DNA of 64,000 nt from contig CM102283.1 in NCBI GenBank assembly GCA_046563655.1, positions 9,424,001-9,488,000 on the forward strand, written 5' to 3'. The notes below the pieces were generated by a model. That model made no database searches. It was not told the origin of the DNA and worked only from the letters and a program-made list of their open reading frames with translations. The DNA comes from Yuukianura sp. NJ FZ-2021 (taxonomy: Eukaryota). Both the position numbers and the translations under genes were made by a program. Shown piece after piece: positions 12,501 to 24,645 of the stretch. Within the stretch, counting starts at the first letter, position 1; every line of letters begins with the position of its first letter.

Positions 12501-15500
12501 AAGTTATTTTCAAAGTACAGTCATAAAGTTTTATATTTTTGCACACCGAGCTAATGTTTGTGGTAAACACAATTTTCACGTGATAAAATCAGTTGTTGGA
12601 TAATTTTTTTTTCTCATTTTTAGAAAATGTGCTGGTTCTATTTTGAAAATTGGAACGTAGCCATGCAACTGCTTCTATTATTCCATTTTCAAAATGAAGT
12701 TTGCACGATCAATAATAAACTAAAATCGCAGCCTATTTTCATTAGAACTTCCAATATTTTCAAAATTGCACCCAATTTTCAAATTAACACAAATTGTATT
12801 GACGTTTCCTGTTTTCTTTTTGTGCAAAATATTGATTTCACTACATCAAAGGAAAGAGTAGTAAAAAATTGTGCCTCCATTTCATCAGTTTGACTAAACG
12901 GAAAATTTTCAAAATTGACACCCTCCCATTAACTTTCATGAAGAAAAGTAATATTCAAAGTTTGCAAAAATCAAACTTTTTTAAAAACTGGAAGTTGTCA
13001 GCATTAAAGCAAGAGCGTGTATGACAATGGCACATTCCAAAGAAGTTACAAAATTTTCTTCTGAAATCAAAAAAATAAGTTCAGACTAGTTTCGCAATTC
13101 ACGCCAATTAATTTTTCCCACTCTGAGAAAGCCAATTACCAAAAAATATTTAAAAAAATGCAAAAAAAAAGTCTAGGAAAACCCGATTTTCGAAAAACTG
13201 GAACAACCGAGAATTCATCATTTTGAGAAAACCGATTCATCATTCTAGCACTTTTTGGCACCACTCAAAATAAATTTCATGTCGAAAAATGTTTCAGACC
13301 ATGATTAATTAATTAGCGGAACACGGGACGTGTTGATGAATTCAGAAATGCACACAAATCACCGCCATTTCCAAAATCATCTATTTTCGTATTTCCCTCT
13401 GCGTTTTACCATGCTTGTTTCAACTTATCATTAAAATCAACCAAACGACCGTGTTTCGACGGTCATTTTGTAAAGTTTAAAAGCAAACCAAATTACTCTA
13501 CACACCACTTCACTTTTTCGACAAACCACTAGACTCCACGTCCAGTTCATTTTCGCTAATTGGCACAATTTGCGAGTTGTTCAAAATTTGCAAAAATGTG
13601 GCTCCTGACGTTCTTCGTCTTTGCTGTGAATGTCAAGTTCAAGTTTTTGCAACACTTTGGTATTGAAAAACTTCCCATGATTTGCAAAAAAAAAGTTTTG
13701 ATATAAGTAATTACCTGTTTGGTTGCGATTTCAATATCTTCAATTTTTTTCCAAAGCACTTTTTAGTCATGGAAAGATTCAAAAGTAAAAAAAAGTGACC
13801 TGAAGAATTGTTTTTAACCAAGGTCACCCGGTTAGTTTTTCGAAATTTCCTCAAACTTGCTTCAACTATTGTTCAACTTTTACATTTCACAAAGTTTAGT
13901 TATTCACTCTAACACTAATTGTTAATGATCTCAAAACTTTATTAGTAAAATTCAATTACAATTTTGCGATACAATGTTTGTTGTTTTCATTGAACAAAAC
14001 CAACTTTTTAAATTGAAGACACACAAAATTCAGTTTTGATTTGGAAACTTTTTATGTTCAACAATTTCCTTGCACAGCACTTGGAATTCGTAAACTTTTA
14101 AAAATGCCACACTTTTTTTGTATTTTGGCTTAAAGTTTTACTTTTTTGAATCAAAATGGAAAAAGTTTGGACACTGGAGATTCAATTTAAAAAGTAACTT
14201 CGGATTCTTCTCACGAAAAAAAAGAGCAAACTTTCCAGATTTTTTGTCAGTTTGCAATTTATTCTGAAGAGAGCAAGAGTGACACTTTGACGTTGGACAA
14301 AAGTTGACCAGACGCTTGAAAATTTTAAAAATCACGCGCTCTCCGCGCGAGAATTTGAACTTCTCTGGAACAAGTCTCGAAGACAACTGGAGCTAGTGTG
14401 GCTTTCGCAACGGGTTCTTCTACTCTGCCCAACTTTTTGCAAATTCCGCCACTCTTGTGCTAAAAGTTCTCAGGCTAAAGTGGGGAAGCGTGTAAGCGAA
14501 TACAAGCTTTGGCAGAGATAGCACAGTATCTTCTTTCTTCTCTTTATGCCATGGACATTCTTCTCAAAATTTTGGCGCCAAAAATAAAAAATTTTGAATT
14601 TTGGACAGAAGCATACTAAAGGTTAAGCCCCATGGGGGAACCTTATCTGAAAAAAATATTTTTGAGGTTGCGGGAAATTGGAAAACGCCTGGGGCGTACC
14701 TGCTATCTCCATCTTGATGTGTACTTATTTATGAACAAAAAAATTTGGCGGGAAAGTTTAAACTTTTTTGAAAAACAAACTTTTTTGAAACTGATAATTT
14801 CCTGTACCGGACTTTACAGTAGAAAGTTTTTGCACTTTTGCCAACAATGAAACTTGCAGGGAGTCAAGAACCTTTTAAAAAGAACGTTTTTGTGAAAAAT
14901 ACAAAAGTAGAAAGCGTTTTCCGGAGGAAATAAATTTTGCCAAACGCCGGATCCTATTTCAAATTTTCCTTTTCAACTTTTTTTTTCAAAAAACAGTCTT
15001 TCAAGCAGAGTGGTGTCGGTTTCCATTTTCTGCAAGTGATTTCGAAACGTTAAAAAATAAGTATAAAAACCATTTCTGTGTCGAAGAAAATCACAAACGA
15101 AACTTCAATTGCAAAAGAAAAATTCTGGGAAGCTCTTAAATCCTATCCAAACAAACTCCAAATTTTAAACAAACAAAAACAAACCATTAAACACTACTTC
15201 AGATTTCAAATGTCAAATAAAAAAAATTGACAGAAAGGCGAAAAACCAAAATTCGATAGAATTCCACACACTTTTTTCTTGTGGAGCCAAAAACTTGCAA
15301 AAATTTGCACATGACGTACTACTAAAAATGTAATGGTGTGTAAACTTCTATGAACTTAAGGTCAAAATACTTAAATTTCAGGAACATAACCTTGAAAATT
15401 AAAATTAATTTAATGTTAGTTCGTGTAGTGTAAAGTTGAGTGTAGTAAATGGAGCATATCGCATGTAAAGTGATCTTGTTCATTAGGCTTTATTGGCAAC

Positions 15501-18196
15501 ATAACACCAAACCAGAACATACTCGAACGCATAACCTAATATAATCCAACATCAGACAATCGATATGCTAAATTATAGTTTATAAAAGTATAAATTATAA
15601 TTAAATAATATAATAAGTTCATGGCCAATGGACTCCTGTTCGTCAGTTAAAGTAGAAGAATACGCAATTTATATAAATTTTACGCACCATAATTTTCATT
15701 TCCTTGTCTGAAATGTAACTTTGTGCGTATTTTTGGCACACATTCCACAAAGTTTTCTTAACTTTTCTTTTCCTTCCTGAAATTTTTTTTTAGATTGATT
15801 CGAAAACTGATGAAATGACAAATTTCTCAAATTTTCTTCCTTTTTTTTTTTTGTTTTTCTAAGAATTAGTTCCATTTCAGTTCACTTTTTTTCTAAAGCC
15901 TAAAGCCCTAATTTCATGCCTTTTGATTTTATCAGTGAAAATCGCTGTTTGAAGATAATTTGGCTAAAAAAGAAAACAGTTTTTCAAATTTTGGAATTTT
16001 GAGGAAAAAGTGTTTGATTGTAGTGTATGGAAAAAGTTTTCGAAAAGTTTGAGGTTTGGGAGGCTTAGACAAAGCGCTTTGTCCTAATAATGTTGCTCAA
16101 GCACAGAGTTCTTAGGATTTTCATCAAGACGAAGATCATCCATCCAGAAAATGTGCTCTTAGCTTCCCAAATTTGGAAAAAGATAAGACGGAGAGAGACT
16201 TAAGTTGATGTCGCCAATGTCGCCAATGTCGCTCCTTCCAGACTCCCGTCTTAGACTCCAATTTAGTAAGAAGTCAGAGTTCAAAGAATGGACACTTAGG
16301 AAGGCAATTTAGAAAAACCACAGTCACCGCACACTCAAATAAACCTCTGACCTCACACTTCTTACAAACACAGTAGCATCCTCTGTACAAATACACCAAT
16401 GTACAGCATGGTCCACAATAAAAAGTCAAAAAAAAGTAATCTATTTCTGTCGGGTAAGCTTATTAGTTTCTGAAAGAATTATCGTGTCTAAGGAAAATTC
16501 GTCTGAATTCTAGTTTCCTGAAAAGTAAAAACTTTTATTCATGCTGTATTTTTGGAAATTTTTGTTCTTATGTCTTGTTTTTTTGAAAATTTGTAAACTT
16601 TTGGACCATAGTGTACAGACATGACGTTAGGAAAAGACGTATTGAATAAAATAGAAGTGGAGGCAGGCGGTTTGTAATTGAATTGTCTTTTGCTGTGACC
16701 TTAGCAGTTTCTTTGTCTCACCTTCACAATTGGCTGCTTTCTCCTTTGTCCAATCCACAAAATTTCCGATTTAAAAAAAAACAGTCAAAGAAAAGCTTTT
16801 TCTTATGTTTGAACCAAAACGCAAAGACTTTGATTAAACACAAGAAAGACTAACAAAGGACTAACGGAGATGCTAGCCACTTTCACTGTTTCACTTCAAA
16901 CAAAATTTGGCATTTTGAAAAGACTAGAGTTTTAGTATTATTTTTAATCCACTTTAGTACTTTAGTGTTAGTACTTTCAAAAGTAGTTTTTGTGTGTAAA
17001 ACAATAGAAGACAAATGGATCTTTGGAGAATTGGCTAAAATAGATATGTGGTTTAAAGTCTAAAGTTGCGGTGAATAAATTTTGAATTGCGAAGATAACT
17101 TTTAATGTAATTGCAATTCATGCTTTGAACATAACATGGGTATTTTCCATTTGCAGCTGCAAAGTTAAATAGTATAAGTTATATTGATCTAATAATAAGT
17201 AAAATTTATACAACTTCATCACATTTTTATTAGACAGCGTTCTTTGAAATCCTAACTTCGTTTTATGAAAATTTTATCCCATGAATTCAGCCCTTTTAAC
17301 AAATTTAATTTCTGAAATTTTTTTTTTCAATTTCGAACAGAAAATTCCATTTTTTTCAGAACTAGAGATACATTGCTATAAACATGTAACAAAATGTTGT
17401 AAATTTTCAAAGAAAGAGTAAGTCACAAATGGAATTTTCCTATTAAATTTTGAATTGAGTCTTTTTTTTTCTCATTTTTATGAAAACATGAGACAGTTCG
17501 TAAAGTCGCATATTATTGAAAGGAAGCTCATTTAGAATTTAGAAAAAGTTCTTTTCAAAAATCCATTTCCTTATTGAATCCTTATTAAGGAAAAGGTGAA
17601 TCTCTACTTTCAATTCGCTTTCCAGAATCTTAAAACCTTCTTCTAAAATTTTAGAAAAAGCGTTTTTTCTTTCAAAATTTCACCGGAGTCTAAAAATTGC
17701 AAAAGTTGAACCTAGTGCAAGAACTAAATGTTGTACGAAAGCCAGTTCCTAATCATTTTTGGCATAAGATGAACAGAGTATAAAAGCGTCTTTAAATTTT
17801 AATGGCACAAATGAACTCCTGCTTTTCAAAATTTTGGAACACCAGAGATTTAGAAAAGATTCCAACTCAAGTCTGTTGTGGTTAGGGCAGGCTTTTCAAA
17901 ATTTGAAAACATTTTATTGTTCTTTTTAAATCCGAGATGAGTTGAGCTTAAGGGGATTAATTAACAAAAAGTAGAAGTTTTTGTGTAGTCTAATGAAAAA
18001 TGTGGTTTGTAAATCCGTACTTTTTGAAAAGTATTTTTGGAGAGGCGTATTTGGATCATTGTAGCTTTGACCCAGAACTAATTTGGTGATGGAGGGAGTA
18101 TTTTTGTGGAAGTTGAGTAGGACTTTGGTAATGGATCTCCTATTATACACATCCAGAACTACAGCGGATGTGTTTGGAGGTAGCCATGTGGAAGGC

Positions 18197-18247
18197 ACCA
18201 GCATTTCCAGCATTTCCAGCATTTCCAGCATTTTGCAGCATTTCCAG
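18197..18247. repeat. 9-bp tandem repeat (ccagcattt)n
   Basis: About five copies; the source of the LEM/SSI repeats in two spurious ORFs. Confidence 0.85.
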
Positions 18248-20637
18248 TTTTTCAAAGTAGTACTGAATGCTCGCCAGCAAAATGACTCTAGCAGATCACC
18301 ACAAATTTTCATTCCGGGAGATCGTTAACTCCATCATTCATTTCACTCAGTGAAAAAAATACGCTTTTCACTTTTCCAACACAGACAAAAAAATAGCAAA
18401 AAAAAAGTTTAGCAGATCTTGGTCGAATTTGCCAGACGAAATTTTAAAATAAAACAGACGAACATGGCTCAAGTTCAACCAGGTTATTCGGTTTTTTAAA
18501 TTCCAGAATTTTAGATTCTACTAAAAACTAGAGTGAAAGTTTAAAAGTGAAAGTTAAAACCTGTTATTTTTGTTTTTAAACGAAAGTAATCAATTTGTTG
18601 GCGCGGAATGCTAACTTTTGTGTGGGAAACTTTGAAATCTAAACACTAAAAGTTTTGTGACCAAGATTTATATGTTCAGCTGAAGTTGAATGATGAGTGT
18701 TTTGTCAATTTAAAACTTAACTTAACAAAACCTGTTTTTACAACTTTAGTTATGTCTAAAAAGTGATGTTGTGGAATAAAAGTGCACTTTGGAGAGGATT
18801 TGACCTTTGACCTTATTCAATCATTCTAAATTCTAAAGTTGTGCCTGGAGGTTGAGGTCATAAACTGAAACCAAAATGTTTGATGGTTGTGCAGTGTATG
18901 TTGAATGAGGGAAAAGCAGAAGGTAGCGCAGTTTATGACTTTGTTACGAAAAACTTTCTCCCAGGAGAAACAGTGCTAACTTTCTCTGCTTTCACTTCAA
19001 CATAACCTCAAATCTTCCACTTTTTTAAAATTTTGTTGTTTGAACAACACATGGGCAGGTACTCAAGTGGTTTGGGAGTTAACACAAACCTCGTACACCG
19101 AAAAACTACAAATTAAATGAAGTTTTTTCACCAATTTTAAATTGGCTCGCTCAACTCACAACTGTAAAATTACGGGGAAAAAACTCGCCCCAAAATTTTA
19201 CTTTTTCTTACAAGTTTTCCAGCTTTTTTGCTTTCTTCGACTTGAAATTTTTGCGTTTCAACAAAATTAGATTTTCAAAAGCATTTGGAGAGTTTTTGAA
19301 GCTTTTTGTAGTTTTTTTTTCTTTGTAAAAGAATGTTGTAGGCGTCGCCATTTAAATAATGGAGAAATGTAATCAGGAGAAGAGTGAGATCAATGGAGTG
19401 TCATTAGGTTTTCTGTTCCTTAGCCTAACTTTTGCTAAACCTAATCTAAGCCTAACCTAAAAGACTAACCTAACATTGAATTCCTGAAGATAGAAGATGG
19501 GAGATGGGAACCTTAATCTTTCCTCTTTGTTTTCACTTCGATCAGGATGAGACAGAAGGAAGTTGGTCCATTAGAAGTGAAAGTGAAAGACAAGGTGAAT
19601 CGACTCCATTTCCTCGAGGAAATAGGAAACAGAGGAAATAGGAAATAGAGGAAATGGATATGCCAGGACTCTCGTGTAATTAATTAACTTTGGACTTAAT
19701 TTGGAAGTGATTAATGAAAGTCAGTTAGGGAAGATGTTGTTTTGACTATACGTGAACATAGAACCTTACCAGGTACAGAAAAACTTTAGACTAATTTAAG
19801 TTAACCGAAAAAAAAACCTAATGTAGGAAGACTATTTTTTTCTGGAAACTTTCCAAACTTTTTTTTTAAATGCTGCTGAAAACAATTCGTTGAGGTCGTT
19901 TGGAAGAGAAAGCATAGGGTATGTAATGTGCATCGCTTTTGTCGTGCAATTGCGTGTTTCAAAAGCGCGGGAATTTTCGGTTTTTGAAAAAAGAAAGTCA
20001 TTACAGCCTCTTGGGAGTGATTAGTCCGTCCAGGAATGGCAAAAAATTTCATAAAATTCTAAATGGCGTGTGTTTTCCAAAAATGTTTCAAAAAATATTT
20101 CAGGCGTGAAAACAAATTTGGAAAAACATACTTTGCGTTATTTCTGGCTGGAATGCTAAGCTTATAATTTTAACAACAGAATTCATCTTCCAGAACGAAG
20201 TCATCTCGTGTCTAATGACATTTGTAATGAAATCTTCCCTGTTTCAGTCTTCGGGGAGTTTGAATCTCCAGAAAACTGCGCATGGGCATTAGAAATACCA
20301 AATTCAATCAAAACAAAATTCAATTTCTCATCAAAAACGGAATTATATGAGTAAAACTAAAAAGAAAGATATGAGTAAAACTAAACTTTAGCACATTTTT
20401 CTTAAAATTTCAGAATTTCTGAATTTTCTCCCAGCAAAAAGTTTCAAATTCCAGCAAATTCACATTTGTTGTCCTTTTGTGGCCAAAATCCTACTTGTTG
20501 TCAAAGGTTACACAGTTTTCAAAGTACAGAGCACGATGCAAACTTTAGTTTTCAGTTTTTGAGCCAATCAAATCCTGCCAAAAATCTTGGCGCCAAATTC
20601 AAAAGCCAGCCGCCATCTACCCAGTACAAGAGAAAAG

Positions 20638-23600
20638 GTTAGGTTAGGGTTGAGAAAGGGTTGTTTTTGAAAACACGCAAATATTGGCTCCGATCGTTTC
20701 GTCTTTTTGGCGTTGGAGGTTCCGGTTTTGTCGACTTTTGCTTGTTTGACCTTGTTCCTCGTATTGTTGCGGATCTTTTGACGTGATTTTTGGACCTGTC
20801 ACTCTTCCGGTGCCTTTCAACTGGCCCGATTTGGTCATCGAAATCATCCACTAGAAGTCCCATCGATTCGTCACAACTTACACATCTAGAAAACAAACAT
20901 TGTCACCTTCAAGTTCCGTCTCCAAGTCAACCAATCAGAATATCTACGAAGATCTACGATGCCTCGCAAAAAAGGAGCGTGTCATAAAAATGTCAAATCT
21001 TGTTTTTGTCAAGACAACAACACTTTGGATGAAAACCAAGTATTGATCGGATGTGAAAACGGAGACTTTTGCGAAATCGAATGGTTTCATCTTAGTTGTG
21101 TTGGTTTATCTGCTGCCCCAACTGGTCCTTGGTTTTGCCCTTTCTGCTCTGGAACTCCAACAGCTACACTTGAAACCAGCCAGCCTGTAAGCACAGCCAC
21201 TGTGGAGTGTTCCGGAGCCGGTCCGAGCGACGGATGCGGGTTGGAACACGACAGTACCCATACTCCTCCTTCATCAAAGACAACTGTTTGGCTGACCTCA
21301 TCCATCGTCGCGTCTACTCCAGATTGTTTCATATCAAGAGCGGACTTACAAAATACGTACAAATCTTTTTGTCATGATAATGAACTTACTCCCGTATCCA
21401 CTCTGACACTCGGCAAACTGTTGAAAAGATGCTTCCCAGAAGTAACAACTAAGAAAGCTCCAGTTCGTCTAGGATCCGGATTTAATCATTATGGAATCAT
21501 TTGGTCTTCCAAGAAGCCTTCTCATGAAGATCTAGGACTGCGGTTGGCTACAATAAAACGCTCTACCCCCTGCCTCAGAAGATGCCCTAAGGGCGCAAGA
21601 GTACAACTGTCATCTTTGTTGTCCACCACTCTCCACAGAATCCAAACCGAAAACTCTGTTCAATCTTGGGAAGATCTGTTTACTCTGCCTTTCAAAGTAT
21701 TGAGCTTGCCGGCAAAAGATTACGTTGGAAACTTAACAAGCTGGACGAAATCCAGAATCTTAGACTGCATGCGGGGTCAAGCGGGTCATCTTCCTTTTAC
21801 CAAGCAAAACAACAAGTCTACTTCTACAAGTCCAGAGCTCTTTGGAAAGAAAGTTGAAGCAAAACTCGCTGATGGTGATATCCATGGTGCCCTCCGTCTA
21901 CTACTGTCAGATGACACAATCGCGGCTGATGACTCAGACACTTTGAATAGTCTGCAACAAAAACATCCTGCACATCCATCTCCTACGTGTTTCCCTGATG
22001 CACCTGATACGTCTTCTCTTTTCCTTGGCTTTATCTCTTCTTCAGCAGTCTCCAAAGCCATTTCATCGTTTCGCCCCGGCTCTGCAGGTGGCCTTGACGG
22101 TCTTCGTCCTCAAGTCCTTAAGGATTTAATTTCAAGTTCCACAGGAGATGCAGGTCAAGATTTGTTAAAGCAAATTACTTCATTCATTGCTTTTGTTGCC
22201 ACTACTCCTCTACCGGATTCGATACGACCTATTTTCTTCGGAGCGTCACTCATCGGTATCAAGAAGAAGGATGGAGGGATACGCCCGATTGCCATAGGAA
22301 ATATCTGGAGACGTCTAACTTCCAAAGTCATCTCAAATGGCATAATCGATGATTTACGTTCCCTCCTTAGCCCACATCAACTGGGTGTCGGGATCCCCGG
22401 AGGCGCCGAAGCCGCAGCCCACGCAGCCAGGATGTACTGTAACGCGATACATGATTCTTCCAGAATTCTACTAAAGTTGGACTTTAAAAACGCCTTCAAT
22501 GAACTTCGTCGTGACAAATTGCTTCAAGCGGTGAAGATTTACCTACCTTCAATCTTTTCCTACGTGTCACAATCATATCAGTTCGACTCGAATCTTTACC
22601 ATGGCGTGAATGTCATCAAATCAAGACGAGGTGTCCAACAAGGCGATAATTTGGGTCCAGCTCTTTTCGCTTTAACAATTCATGAGATTGTGACGCAAAT
22701 TAGAACCGAATTGAATCTTTGGTTTCTGGACGATGGAACAATCGGTGGAGATCCTAGTGATGTCATCTCAACTCTAGACTTTATCATCGCCGCCGCCGGA
22801 GATTTAGGACTCGAACTAAATTCTTCTAAGTGCGAGTTGTCAATTCTAGGGACGAATGGCCATACGTCTCACTTCGTCGACGATTTTAAACATCTTCTTC
22901 CCGGTCTTAAAATTATTTCTTCCAATGAAGTCACTCTTCTAGGAGCGGCTTTAGGAGAAGATTCAGCCAAGATGATTCTCAAGACAAAAACTGACGAGTT
23001 TAAGCACCTATCTCAGAAGCTAACGTTAATCTCTTCTCATTCCGCCTTCTTTTTACTACGCGCTTCGATCTCAACCCCTCGACTTGTCTACTTCCTTAGA
23101 AGCTCACCCATGTGGAAACATACTTCTCATCTCCTGGATTATGACATAGCCTTGAAACAATGTTTGGAAGTCACCTTAAACTGCAACTTAACCACCAATT
23201 CCTGGGCTCAATCCTCTCTGCCCGTCAACCTTGCCGGTCTTGGGATCAATCAAGCATGCGAAATTGCCCTACCCTGCTTTTGTGCGTCGTTCTGTTCCAG
23301 TAGCAATCTTATCCGTCAACTAGTTCCAAGCCATGTTGTCGACTCAGATACAGCTTTCAATGATGCTTGCCAAATGTGGTGCCTCCAGCAAAACTCAATA
23401 CCTATCTCTACCAACATCAATTCACAAAACGCCTGGGTGAAACCATTTTTCCAACAGAAACTCAAGAATCTTATACAAAATTCAACCTCGCTGGAGTCCT
23501 CTGCAAGATTGAAAGCATGCCAAGAACCACATACAGGCGCATGGCTACAAGCTCTTCCAGCCAGACAACTTGGGACTCACTTAGATGATGTGGCCTTCCA

Positions 23601-24294
23601 GATTTCTGTCGGATTACGTCTGGGTTGCAACATCTGTGAACCTCATCGTTGTCACTGTGGTCAGGAAGTTAATTCTCTAGGACTCCATGGTCTCCATTGT
23701 CCCAAGAGTGCCGGAAGATCTTGTAGACATTCAAGTTCCAATGACCTAATCCTTCGTGCTCTGCGGACAGCTGACACTCCTTGTATTCGCGAACCCCCTG
23801 GACTCTCAAGACACGATGGGCGCCATCCTGATGGACTAACTCTTGTGCCTTGGAAAAACGGAAAGTCGTTAATCTGGGATTTTACATGTGTCGACACCTA
23901 TGCACCTTCATATCTCCTACACTCCTCCTCCAACGCCGGTTACGCTGCACACCAAGCCGAAAATCGGAAGAAATCACACTATAGCAGTCTTTCAAATAAC
24001 TACATCTTCGCAGCAGTTGCAATCGAGACTACTGGTGTTTTCGGGAAAGACGCAGTTAAATTTATTCGCGAAATCGGTTCAAGGATCATGAAAATCACAG
24101 GCGAAAAGAAATCAACCTCTTATTTATTCCAACGCCTCAGCATCGCCACCCAACGTGGGAATGCAGCCTCCGTTCTTGGTACCCTTCCCACCGGACATCA
24201 TCTCACAGAAGTGTTTCTACTATAATCTCAGAATTTTCAATAACTTTTTCAACCCACATTTTGTGGGTGTAAGTGTTGTTAAATAAAAGTTTTT
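20638..24294 (+). mobile_element. Full-length RLE-type non-LTR retrotransposon, CRE-clade-like, 3657 bp
   Basis: Flanked by the identical 14-bp direct repeat GTACAAGAGAAAAG at 20624-20637 and 24295-24308 (TSD). Single intronless ORF, higher GC than the flanks, AATAAA near the 3' end. Confidence 0.92.
20959..24225 (+). CDS. Retrotransposon protein (1088 aa): PHD finger + RFX-like winged helix + reverse transcriptase + CCHC knuckle + restriction-like endonuclease
   Basis: PHD C4HC3 at aa 15-63 (CFC...[18 protein letters not shown]...PWFCPFC). wHTH at aa ~108-182. RT motifs [33 protein letters not shown]-terminal CHCG-x8-HGLHC, RH, RHPDG...WDFT...K..HY. Confidence 0.93.
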   Translation: MPRKKGACHKNVKSCFCQDNNTLDENQVLIGCENGDFCEIEWFHLSCVGLSAAPTGPWFCPFCSGTPTATLETSQPVSTATVECSGAGPSDGCGLEHDSTHTPPSSKTTVWLTSSIVASTPDCFISRADLQNTYKSFCHDNELTPVSTLTLGKLLKRCFPEVTTKKAPVRLGSGFNHYGIIWSSKKPSHEDLGLRLATIKRSTPCLRRCPKGARVQLSSLLSTTLHRIQTENSVQSWEDLFTLPFKVLSLPAKDYVGNLTSWTKSRILDCMRGQAGHLPFTKQNNKSTSTSPELFGKKVEAKLADGDIHGALRLLLSDDTIAADDSDTLNSLQQKHPAHPSPTCFPDAPDTSSLFLGFISSSAVSKAISSFRPGSAGGLDGLRPQVLKDLISSSTGDAGQDLLKQITSFIAFVATTPLPDSIRPIFFGASLIGIKKKDGGIRPIAIGNIWRRLTSKVISNGIIDDLRSLLSPHQLGVGIPGGAEAAAHAARMYCNAIHDSSRILLKLDFKNAFNELRRDKLLQAVKIYLPSIFSYVSQSYQFDSNLYHGVNVIKSRRGVQQGDNLGPALFALTIHEIVTQIRTELNLWFLDDGTIGGDPSDVISTLDFIIAAAGDLGLELNSSKCELSILGTNGHTSHFVDDFKHLLPGLKIISSNEVTLLGAALGEDSAKMILKTKTDEFKHLSQKLTLISSHSAFFLLRASISTPRLVYFLRSSPMWKHTSHLLDYDIALKQCLEVTLNCNLTTNSWAQSSLPVNLAGLGINQACEIALPCFCASFCSSSNLIRQLVPSHVVDSDTAFNDACQMWCLQQNSIPISTNINSQNAWVKPFFQQKLKNLIQNSTSLESSARLKACQEPHTGAWLQALPARQLGTHLDDVAFQISVGLRLGCNICEPHRCHCGQEVNSLGLHGLHCPKSAGRSCRHSSSNDLILRALRTADTPCIREPPGLSRHDGRHPDGLTLVPWKNGKSLIWDFTCVDTYAPSYLLHSSSNAGYAAHQAENRKKSHYSSLSNNYIFAAVAIETTGVFGKDAVKFIREIGSRIMKITGEKKSTSYLFQRLSIATQRGNAASVLGTLPTGHHLTEVFLL

Positions 24295-24645
24295 GTACAA
24301 GAGAAAAGTTGGAGATCAAATCAATAAAAGTTTTCCATCTGGACCAAAACAAAAATCTTCTCCTGCAAATCAAAATTCAAAATCCTCCACTTTGCAAATC
24401 ATTTCATTCAAGTTTTTTGTTAAAAGTCGAAACTTTAGCATTGTGCGTTATAAATTTGGAGTAGTATATACAAATGGGGGTTGAAAATTTAGTAAACTCC
24501 CTAACTTTAATCTTGTACTTGTGTTGGATAAGAATGTTTGCATAACCTAACCATAAGCATAGTACATTGAAGGTTTTCCTAAGCAAAACAATAGTTACTC
24601 TCCTCAGCCACTTCACATTTAACTTCTGAACGACGTTACGTGACA

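Noticed and set aside
17926-18328. Overlapping 128-aa and 81-aa ORFs
   Set aside because: Partly kept open by a 9-bp repeat; no domain or splice support.
20639-20896. Antisense ORFs in the retroelement 5' UTR
   Set aside because: Short, without motifs, and no evidence of translation.
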